Of a stretch of DNA of 64,000 nucleotides, positions 48,274 through 56,156 are shown piece after piece (position 1 is the first letter of the stretch; every line of letters starts with the position of its first letter). Below the pieces are notes generated by a model. The model saw only the letters and a list, made by a program, of their open reading frames with translations, ran no database searches and was not told the origin of the DNA. Source of the stretch: Candidatus Moranbacteria bacterium UBA1362 (GTDB lineage Bacteria > Patescibacteriota > Minisyncoccia > Moranbacterales > GWC2-37-73). The stretch spans positions 1,482-65,481 of the forward strand of contig DBRS01000017.1 in assembly GCA_002306085.1 (NCBI GenBank). Direction: 5' to 3'. The position numbers were made by a program, and so were the translations under genes.

Positions 48274-49569
48274 CTAAGGATTTGCAAATTCCTTTTTCTT
48301 CCACTCCGAATTTTGCCTGCAAAGCAGCTCATGCGCTTTTGAGCCGTCCACGATTAATTTCTCAACGATCTTTTCCATGCGCATTCCCTGTGAACCTTTC
48401 ACCAAAACAAGATCTCCTTTCTGAATAATCCTGAAAACTTTTTCAGCGGCGGAAACCGGATCGTTGAACCGCATTATACGCGAAGATGGAAATCCCGAAG
48501 AAATCAAAAACCCCGCGGCATGCTCCATTCTTTTTCCGACCGCAATGAAATTGTCTATTTTCAAATCCAAGATGCGCTTGGCAACTTCCCTGTGTCCGTT
48601 TTCCGTTTCGTTTCCAAGCTCCAGCATATCTCCGAGCACGGCAATTTTTCTTTTTCCGGGAAGCGCGGCAAGAACTTCAAGCGCGGAGATCGTTGAAGCC
48701 GGCGAAGCGTTATATGTGTCGTCGATAATACCGCTTCCGTTTATGCCTTCGAGAAGATTCAATCTTCCCGCGGCGGGCTTGAGCGTTTCCAGGGATTTTG
48801 CTATGTCCACAAGATTTATTTTAAAAACTATCCCCGTGCTTATCGCCGCAAGCGCGGCATAGACGTAGTGAAGCGCAAAGAAATTTCTCATTCTTATCGG
48901 CATGTTCTTTCCTTCGTAATTCAGCTTAAAGCTTATCCCCTCGGGCTTTCCATTTTCAAGGTTGTATATGATGTTGGACGCGTTGACAACGGCTTCCGTG
49001 TCCGTTCCGAACGTCATGACTTCCGCCTTGGTGTGTTTTTTCATTTCCAAAACAAGCTCGTCGTCCATGTTGAGAATTGCAACTCCGTCGGCGCCAAGAG
49101 ATTCAATTAGTATTCTTTTTTCTCTTGCGGTGTTTTCTATGGTTTTGAAAAATTCAACGTGGCTCAGGGAAACATTTGTGACAATTCCGACATCAGGTTT
49201 TATGAACGACATGAAATATTTCATGTCTCCCGGCCTGTCCACTCCGAGCTCAAAGACAAGGATTTCAGGATAGAAAGGCGTCACCAGATCATAGAGCCAT
49301 TTCAAAAAAACCCAAGCCCATTTGAAAATATTTTTTCCGCCGCTCTCGGCGCCTATGATGACCAGAGGAATTCCGATTTCATTGTTGTAGTTTTTTTCGG
49401 ATTTTCGAACGTCGAATTTTGAAGAAAGTACGGCAAAAACAGCTTCTTTCGTCGAAGTTTTTCCCATGGAACCCGTTATCGCCACAATCTTGGGTTTATG
49501 GCGTTTCAGAACGGCAACAGCTGCAAGACGCAATATTTTTTCGAGCATGAGCAGTTTTTTCGACTTCAT
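48274..49569 (-). CDS. murF: UDP-MurNAc-tripeptide--D-Ala-D-Ala ligase
   Basis: Mur ligase P-loop GSMGKTSTKE. Confidence 0.85.
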   Translation of the reverse strand: MKSKKLLMLEKILRLAAVAVLKRHKPKIVAITGSMGKTSTKEAVFAVLSSKFDVRKSEKNYNNEIGIPLVIIGAESGGKNIFKWAWVFLKWLYDLVTPFYPEILVFELGVDRPGDMKYFMSFIKPDVGIVTNVSLSHVEFFKTIENTAREKRILIESLGADGVAILNMDDELVLEMKKHTKAEVMTFGTDTEAVVNASNIIYNLENGKPEGISFKLNYEGKNMPIRMRNFFALHYVYAALAAISTGIVFKINLVDIAKSLETLKPAAGRLNLLEGINGSGIIDDTYNASPASTISALEVLAALPGKRKIAVLGDMLELGNETENGHREVAKRILDLKIDNFIAVGKRMEHAAGFLISSGFPSSRIMRFNDPVSAAEKVFRIIQKGDLVLVKGSQGMRMEKIVEKLIVDGSKAHELLCRQNSEWKKKEFANP

Positions 49570-49691
49570 GTGTTTTTCTGCGAATTATAAATCCTTACGA
49601 ATATACGAATATGAGTTAAGCATATTTTTAATACTATAGCCAGCAAGCTCGCATTCGCATATTCATTAAATCAGCAGTTTGCATAAAATAC

Positions 49692-51584
49692 TCAATCGCT
49701 TGACGTTATTATTCTGGAGTTTGATCTCTTTTCTTCCTTCTTTTTCTTATTCTTGTCATTCTTTTCTTTCTCGCCGCTGCTGTTTTCCGCTTGTCCGGCA
49801 TTTGCGACTGGCGCCAGTTTATAGATCGGACTTGTCTTCGGATCTTCGGTGGGTTTGACTTTGTAGTATTCAAGCAAGAATTTCATCACTTCGCCAAACG
49901 TGGGAGCCGCCGACGATTCCGCCCAGACTACTCCCTTGGGGTTTGAAATCTTCACCAAAACCACGAATTGGGGATCATTGATCGGAGCATATCCCGCGAA
50001 CGATCCTATGTTGATTCCTTCTTCATAACCTTTAGCTCCCGTTTTGGCAACCTGAGCCGTTCCCGTTTTTCCTCCGACCAAATATCCCGGCACGTCAGCC
50101 CTTTTGCCGTGTCCGTTCATCACGACCGCCCGCAACATCTTTGAAACCTGTCTTGCCGCGTCTTCCGAGACAACTTGCCGCACCTGTTGAGGCTCAACTT
50201 CTTCTTCGCGCCCGTCTTTGTGGCGAAACCTGTCAATAATCTGCGGCTTCATGAGAATCCCGTCGTTCGCAAGCGCGGCAAAAGCGGAAGCAAGCTGAAT
50301 CGGCGTGACGGAAATTCCCTGCCCGAACGAAGCCGTATAGAAATTGATTGTTATTCTCGGATTGCTCAGGTTTTTGATGTTGCCCGCAACCTCTCCGGGA
50401 AGCTCTATGCCGCTTTTTTCTCCAAAACCGAACCTTTTAATATATTCGGCAAATTTCACGTTGCCGACAAGCTTTTCTATGTATATCACTCCCGTGTTCA
50501 AAGACTTTTCAAGAACTTCAGTCATCGTCTGTTTTCCGTATGCCTTCATGTCGGAATTGTGGATTTCATAGCCTGCTTCATGCACAACTCCCGTGTCCGT
50601 GAAAGTGGTGTCCGGATTTATTTTCCCGTCATCAATTCCAATTGCCGCAGTGAACGGTTTGAAAACCGAACCGCATTCATACGGAAGACTCAAAGCCGGA
50701 TTCAGAAATTTTGAAATATCATCGACGGACGAAAATTCGTTGGGATTGAAGCTGGGCTGATTCGCAAGCGCCAAAATCTTTCCGGTTTTCGGTTCCATGA
50801 CCACGATCGTGCCTCCGTCGGCGCCGAATTTCTCCATTGTTGCTTTCAGGATTTTCTCCACTTCGAATTGCACCGTATGGTTTATCGTGAGGATTATGTC
50901 GAGTCCGTCTCTCGTCTCATGCACGTTCCTGTCGGAAATCGGGATCCATCTTCCTCTGGAATCGCTTTCCTGCTTTAGCATTCCCGACTCCCCCTTCAAT
51001 TCTTCCTCCCAGAAAGCCTCTACGCCATACATCCCTTTCTGTTTGGCGCCGTCCGAGCCTACAAATCCGATGATTTGCGCCGCAAGCTCCCCCGCCGGAT
51101 AGTATCTGAAACTTTCCGGAGCAAGATAGATGCCCGAAATTTTCGCTTCTTTTATTTTTGCGACTTCTTCGTCGTTCAGCTTATGCTTGAGAATCTCGAA
51201 CATGTCATCGCGGTCGCTGAATTTTTCAAGGAGCATTCCCTTATCAAGACTCAAGATGGACGACAGGGATTCTGCGGCAGAATTTGTATCTTCCATTTCT
51301 TTCGGGACGGCATACGCCATTTGCAATTCCTTGTTGACGGCCACCGGATACGGTCCGCCCTCGTCCCGCAAAAATATCTCTCCCCTTTCGGGCAGAATTT
51401 GAATAGTGCTTTGATGCTGGTTTTCCGCCAATTCTTCGAACGCGTCGTGGCGAACAACCTGAAGAAAGTAAAGTCTTGCCAGAATACAGAAAGCGGCAAC
51501 CAACACGAAAATCGTCAATATATAAATCCGCCAATTCTTCTCCGAAACTTCAGAAGTTTGAATTTTTTCCTTTGGTAGTTTCAT
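49692..51584 (-). CDS. ftsI: Peptidoglycan D,D-transpeptidase FtsI (PBP3-like)
   Basis: PBP dimerisation and transpeptidase domains (SxxK, SxN, KTGTA); dcw context. Confidence 0.82.
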   Translation of the reverse strand: MKLPKEKIQTSEVSEKNWRIYILTIFVLVAAFCILARLYFLQVVRHDAFEELAENQHQSTIQILPERGEIFLRDEGGPYPVAVNKELQMAYAVPKEMEDTNSAAESLSSILSLDKGMLLEKFSDRDDMFEILKHKLNDEEVAKIKEAKISGIYLAPESFRYYPAGELAAQIIGFVGSDGAKQKGMYGVEAFWEEELKGESGMLKQESDSRGRWIPISDRNVHETRDGLDIILTINHTVQFEVEKILKATMEKFGADGGTIVVMEPKTGKILALANQPSFNPNEFSSVDDISKFLNPALSLPYECGSVFKPFTAAIGIDDGKINPDTTFTDTGVVHEAGYEIHNSDMKAYGKQTMTEVLEKSLNTGVIYIEKLVGNVKFAEYIKRFGFGEKSGIELPGEVAGNIKNLSNPRITINFYTASFGQGISVTPIQLASAFAALANDGILMKPQIIDRFRHKDGREEEVEPQQVRQVVSEDAARQVSKMLRAVVMNGHGKRADVPGYLVGGKTGTAQVAKTGAKGYEEGINIGSFAGYAPINDPQFVVLVKISNPKGVVWAESSAAPTFGEVMKFLLEYYKVKPTEDPKTSPIYKLAPVANAGQAENSSGEKEKNDKNKKKKEEKRSNSRIITSSD

Positions 51585-51633
51585 CTTTTTGCTCCCCCCG
51601 TCTTAACTATCTTCCCGCATATTCTTTCCGGGC

Positions 51634-52041
51634 TTACTCCGTTCCGTAGGCAACCGATGAATTCTCTTCGATATATTTGACATCGGGACAATCAACCATA
51701 TTAAGTTCTTTGGATTGCTGCTCGATGCGATACAATGATTTAAGCTCCGCTTCCTTTATCTTAAGCGCTTCGTTGGTTTTTTTCTGATTGGCAATCTCCT
51801 GCTCGACGCGCCTCATTTCTATGCCTTTGACTGCCGTCTGATTGATTGAGTAGATATACAACAATCCGGAAAACGCCGTGCATGCGAGAACCACAAACAC
51901 CGGACTGATAAATCCGGAAAAGCGGGGCCTGTTTGACGCCTGCAATTGAATTTTTCTTTTTATGTTTGGTTGCCACCTATGGGTTTTTCTGATGACAACA
52001 GTTCTTTTTGTCATTTCTCGTGGATCCCCCCAGAGAAACAA
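51634..52041 (-). CDS. ftsL: Cell division protein FtsL-like (single TM + coiled coil); true start may be internal
   Basis: position between rsmH and ftsI; TM then coiled coil. Confidence 0.5.
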   Translation of the reverse strand: MFLWGDPREMTKRTVVIRKTHRWQPNIKRKIQLQASNRPRFSGFISPVFVVLACTAFSGLLYIYSINQTAVKGIEMRRVEQEIANQKKTNEALKIKEAELKSLYRIEQQSKELNMVDCPDVKYIEENSSVAYGTE

Positions 52042-52109
52042 ATGATTAACTAAAAACCTTTCAAACTTATAAAGTCTGTGAAGCCGACAATTTTTGCGAC
52101 TTTACGGAT

Positions 52110-53069
52110 TTATATTTTCTCTATCACTCTCAATTTTGCGCTTCTTGCGCGCGGATTTTTGGAAATTTCATCCTCTCCCGGCGCAATCGGCTTTCGAGTG
52201 ATCAGTTTCACCTTTGGCGTCCTGTGACATCTGCATACTGGAAATTCACTCGGGCAAATGCATCCCCTAGCATTTTCCCTGAACGTATGTTTCACAAGCG
52301 AATCCTCTCCGGAATGGAAAGTGATTATCGCCAGACGCCCCCCAGGCTTCAGCGTTTCAATTGCCTGGGACAGAAATGATTCAAGGGCTTCAAGCTCCCT
52401 GTTCACTTCTATCCTTAGCGCTTGAAATGTTTTGGTGGCGTAGTGGATTTTTTTGTGCTTGTACGCGGATGGCACAGAATTTCCGATCAGTTCCACAAGT
52501 TCGGAAGTCCAGGTGACCGGTTTTTCTTTCCGGCGAGCAACGATTTTGCGGACGATGGAGTTTGCGTACTGCTCATTGCCATATTCTCTTAGAATTTTTT
52601 TGAGCTCGTCTTCCTTATATGTGTTGAGCACATCGGCAGCCGTGATTCCCTTTGACCTGTCCATGCGCATATCCAGAAATCCCTCAGACTGGAAACTTAT
52701 CCCGCGGCTTTCGTCTTCCAGCTGGTCGGAAGATATTCCCAAATCCGCCAAGATCGCATCCACTTTTTCTATTTTCAAATCAGCTAAAATATTTTTTAAA
52801 TTTTTGAAATTGTCATGAATCAAACAAACGTTTGTCATTTTCGTGCCGCTTCCGCCCGCCTCTTTCGCATCATCCGTAAATTTTGCGAATCTCTTGAGCG
52901 CTTCCTCGTCCTGATCTATCGCCGCAAGCGTTCCAGTATTGCCTATTTTTTTGAGTATTTCGCGGCTGTGTCCTCCTCCGCCGAGCGTCGCGTCAACAAC
53001 AACCATTCCCTTTTTTAATTTCAGAGCATCAACTGTTTCTTCGACTAATACGGATTTATGGATGGACAT
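52110..53069 (-). CDS. rsmH: 16S rRNA (cytosine1402-N4)-methyltransferase
   Basis: MraW motifs (VDATLGGGGHS). Confidence 0.9.
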   Translation of the reverse strand: MSIHKSVLVEETVDALKLKKGMVVVDATLGGGGHSREILKKIGNTGTLAAIDQDEEALKRFAKFTDDAKEAGGSGTKMTNVCLIHDNFKNLKNILADLKIEKVDAILADLGISSDQLEDESRGISFQSEGFLDMRMDRSKGITAADVLNTYKEDELKKILREYGNEQYANSIVRKIVARRKEKPVTWTSELVELIGNSVPSAYKHKKIHYATKTFQALRIEVNRELEALESFLSQAIETLKPGGRLAIITFHSGEDSLVKHTFRENARGCICPSEFPVCRCHRTPKVKLITRKPIAPGEDEISKNPRARSAKLRVIEKI

Positions 53070-53114
53070 GACCTAAATTTTAAATTTTTAAAGTCTTTAA
53101 AAATTAAAAATTTT

Positions 53115-53549
53115 CTAATATATTCCCAGTTTTCCAAGTTGCTCTGCCACTTCATCAGTGTTCTCTTCCGCTTTCGCTCTGTACGATTTCCATTTGTCTT
53201 CCGCCCAGACCTCCAGCCTGTTATAAAGTCCCGCGACGACAACAGAGCGGTCAAGCCCCGCATATTCTTTGAGATATTCCGGAAGCAAAATTCTTCCCTG
53301 GCTGTCCACGTCGCTGTCGATCGCCCCCGCAAGCATCAATCTCACAAAGCTTCTTGTTGAAGATTCACCCATCGGAAGCGTTCCAAGTTTTTCAGCAAGT
53401 TCTTTCCATGTTTTCAGCGGATACACAAACAGACATTTGTCCAATCCCCTTGTGATGACAACTTTGCCTCCAAGCTCTTTTCTGAACTTTGAAGGAAGCG
53501 CGAGGCGCTTTTTCGGATCCAAACTGTGCTGATATTCTCCGATAAACAT
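53115..53549 (-). CDS. mraZ: Transcriptional regulator MraZ
   Basis: tandem SpoVT/AbrB-like MraZ repeats (DPKKRLALP). Confidence 0.88.
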   Translation of the reverse strand: MFIGEYQHSLDPKKRLALPSKFRKELGGKVVITRGLDKCLFVYPLKTWKELAEKLGTLPMGESSTRSFVRLMLAGAIDSDVDSQGRILLPEYLKEYAGLDRSVVVAGLYNRLEVWAEDKWKSYRAKAEENTDEVAEQLGKLGIY

Positions 53550-53662
53550 TTGCCTTGAATTTTAGCTGATAAAAATGCGGACGATTTCTAAAAAAATAGG
53601 AGACGTAAAATTACGGCTACCCCCTATAGCATAATTCAGATATCATTCATTATTGTTATACT

Positions 53663-53720
53663 TGTCAATGCCCCACTTTCTTCCACTTTATGGCATTACA
53701 ATGTAATTCTACCCCACCCT
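53663..53720 (-). promoter_or_regulatory. Putative mraZ promoter (-35 TTGACA) with MraZ-box-like AAAGTGG direct repeats immediately upstream
   Basis: minus strand GGGTGGGG...AAAGTGGAAGAAAGTGGGGCATTGACA (10-bp phasing). Confidence 0.45.
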
Positions 53721-53917
53721 ATGGCATGCGTCAACACAAATCAAGCATCAAAAAAATGGCTATATATAGCCATTATTTTAAGTTATCCACAGCTCGGGAA
53801 GCGGAATTTTGAACAAAATTTCATCAAATCAGTTAATGCAACCGCCGAATTTGATCCTGCTTAGCAACACACTTTCTGCCGCTTATCGCACACAAAATAC
53901 ATCCGGCGTCGAGAAGT

Positions 53918-53951
53918 TGTTATATAAATTGTTATATAACAAGTTATATAA
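53918..53951. repeat. Three direct repeats of GTTATATAA(C) with 12-13 bp periodicity
   Basis: GTTATATAAattGTTATATAAcaaGTTATATAAca inside a 454-bp non-coding gap. Confidence 0.6.
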
Positions 53952-54003
53952 CACTTTGCGGACACTCGAGAATTTGCTGCTTGCGCTTGCCAAATTGTAA
54001 AAG

Positions 54004-55210
54004 CTACTTTCTGTCTATTTTGCTTTTGAGATACGCGTAATATTCTTTGTTTATTTCCCCTTCGGTCGAATATGCCTTTATGGCTTTTTGTCTTGCGTTA
54101 TCTCCCATGTTCTCCCTGAATTCCCTGTCGGCAACAAGCTTGTCAAGCTTTTCACACCATTCCTCAGTTCCGCTTGCCACAAAACCGTCAACTCCGTCTT
54201 CGATTGCTTCACGAAAAGTTCTTGTGGCCGTGGCGATTGTCGGAACACGCAAGATTCCGGCTTCAAAAAATTTAAGTTCCGATTTTGCTTCACAAAAAGG
54301 ATTGCCAATTTCAAGAGGCGCTATGTTTATATCCATTCTAGCCACATTGAAAAAGTGCTCCTTGCGCGGAACGAAAGAAAGTTTTTTGATTCTGTCGCGG
54401 AAAGTGTTGAGTTTGTTTGTAAATTCAAGATAACCAGCAACATACAATTCAACTTCGGGATATTTTTCCATTATCATGTAGAGCGGCTCGATGACGGTTT
54501 CAAAATCCCTGTTATGGCTTGCGCTTCCCGAAAAATATCCTATTCTCACTTCGCTATGCGCTTCATATTTTTTATTGATGATGTCCTTGGCAAGTTTAAG
54601 ATCTTCGGCAGAAAGTTTGTTGCGAACAATAAAAACTTCTTTTCCCTTTTCGCGCAGCTTGTCGGCCAAAAACGATGTTGTTGTCGTGCACGTTTTGACA
54701 TAAGGATCGTTTAGAATTTCTGCTCCAAGACCGTTTTCAAAAAACTTTTTTTCCGTCTCGTTGAGATTTTTGTAGAAATCCTGCTGCTTTACGCATTCAA
54801 AGTCGAAAGTCAAATCGTCCGTTTCAAATATGATTTCTCCTCCGCATTCTTTTATTTTATCAATAAAGGACGCGATGTTCGCCGAATACGGAACTCTGTG
54901 AAAAATGAACACTTTGAAGTTTCGGACATATAAATCCAACCAGAGATTTTCCTGAATCGTGATTGAAGCGGAAATCCCGTGAAAGTTCAGCTCCTCGGCG
55001 ACATTCTTCACGCGATAGCGCCAGCTGTCTCCGACTGCGCCGCTTGAAATGAAAAGCACGTCCCCCGACCCGGCATGTCTCAAAACAGCCCAAAGCCCCA
55101 AAAAAGTTTTTTTGGAACCGGCGACAAGACCCTCATCCCTGAGCAGTAAACGTATTTTATTCAGATATCTTCCAAGCATAGAGTTAGGTTTATGTTTAGC
55201 TATATCCATT
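54004..55210 (-). CDS. Glycosyltransferase family 1 (GT4-type); start moved to ATG (track TTG start at 55248 overlaps a terminator hairpin)
   Basis: GT-B C-terminal domain pattern. Confidence 0.7.
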
Positions 55211-55212
55211 AT

Positions 55213-55243
55213 AGATAAAAACCCGTTTAAAGCCAAACGGGTG
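55213..55243 (-). terminator. Rho-independent terminator after secreted protein gene
   Basis: CCCGTTT-ggcttt-AAACGGG followed by TTTTTAT on minus strand. Confidence 0.6.
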
Positions 55244-55341
55244 GTCAAATAGCATGTTCAAATTATGGTCATTGAGATTAGGCGCGGGGCATGACCGCTT
55301 TTTTGCGTTCCTGACATGACACACGGACCTGATATATGGCG

Positions 55342-56154
55342 CTATTTCACTGTCAGACTGCTTGGCATTGCGGGGGGCGACAAGTCGACGTCAGGAATCC
55401 CGTTCCATATCTCATAGTCGTCGAATTGCCACCAACCCTCTCCCGGAAGGCATTCTACCGTAGCTTTGATGCTTGGAATATCCAAGGGTCTTGTGAAATC
55501 TCCCGTGATGATCGCATTGTCGTTGAAAGCATATGCGCCATCAAATTTCGCCCACGCAATGCCGTCCATGTTCTGGAATGTGGCGCCTGAGGATTTTTTC
55601 ATATATATCTCGACATGCAGCCAGTCGCCAATCACATAAGGGACACTCGCATATTTTGTCACTGTGGAATTGCCGTCCCAACTCATGCCCTGCTCCATCT
55701 GCCACTCCAGTCCCATGGTTTTGCTCGACGAATCATAAGATTGCCAGATGAGCTCAGTGTGAGGACCGGATCCGGTCGGAGCAGACATGATCTTCACATT
55801 CCAAATACCGCTATAATTTCCCCAGTAACCGCTTTCGTATTTTGCCCAATAAGAAACATATATCTCGCCCGAAGGAGGAAATCCGGCAGGCAACCTGAAG
55901 ATCAAGTCGCCTCCTCCGTCCTCATCGTTATGAGAAGTCCTTACGGATCTACCCGTGTGGCCCGAAGGATACGTGGGAACGCCCTCGCCATATAACCAAA
56001 GGGTGTTGACATATCCTAACATATCAACCAGACTGCTTTCATCAAATGTGACTCGGGAAAGCCTGTCCGCAGCTTTCCCTTCTGACGCAAAACTAAAAAT
56101 TCCGAAGGATAGAACGAAGAAGATCAATATATTTTTTTTCACAAGCCTTTTCAT
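55342..56154 (-). CDS. Secreted hypothetical protein (270 aa) ending in the same C-terminal tail as the beta-helix proteins
   Basis: signal peptide MKRLVKKNILIFFVLSFGIFSFASEGKA; C-terminus ...SPPAMPSSLTVK. Confidence 0.6.
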   Translation of the reverse strand: MKRLVKKNILIFFVLSFGIFSFASEGKAADRLSRVTFDESSLVDMLGYVNTLWLYGEGVPTYPSGHTGRSVRTSHNDEDGGGDLIFRLPAGFPPSGEIYVSYWAKYESGYWGNYSGIWNVKIMSAPTGSGPHTELIWQSYDSSSKTMGLEWQMEQGMSWDGNSTVTKYASVPYVIGDWLHVEIYMKKSSGATFQNMDGIAWAKFDGAYAFNDNAIITGDFTRPLDIPSIKATVECLPGEGWWQFDDYEIWNGIPDVDLSPPAMPSSLTVK

Positions 56155-56156
56155 AT

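Noticed and set aside
53809-54000. 63-aa plus-strand ORF (…KLLYKLLYNKLYN…)
   Set aside because: Low-complexity translation of the GTTATATAA triple repeat in a regulatory gap; no RBS, opposite to local gene orientation.
55249-55341. GC-rich spacer containing CAGGUCCG / GUCAGGAAC strings reminiscent of SRP (4.5S) RNA domain IV
   Set aside because: Lacks the conserved GGAAGGAAGCAGC / GCAGAUGA core. The region is better explained as a 3'-UTR with two terminator-like hairpins.
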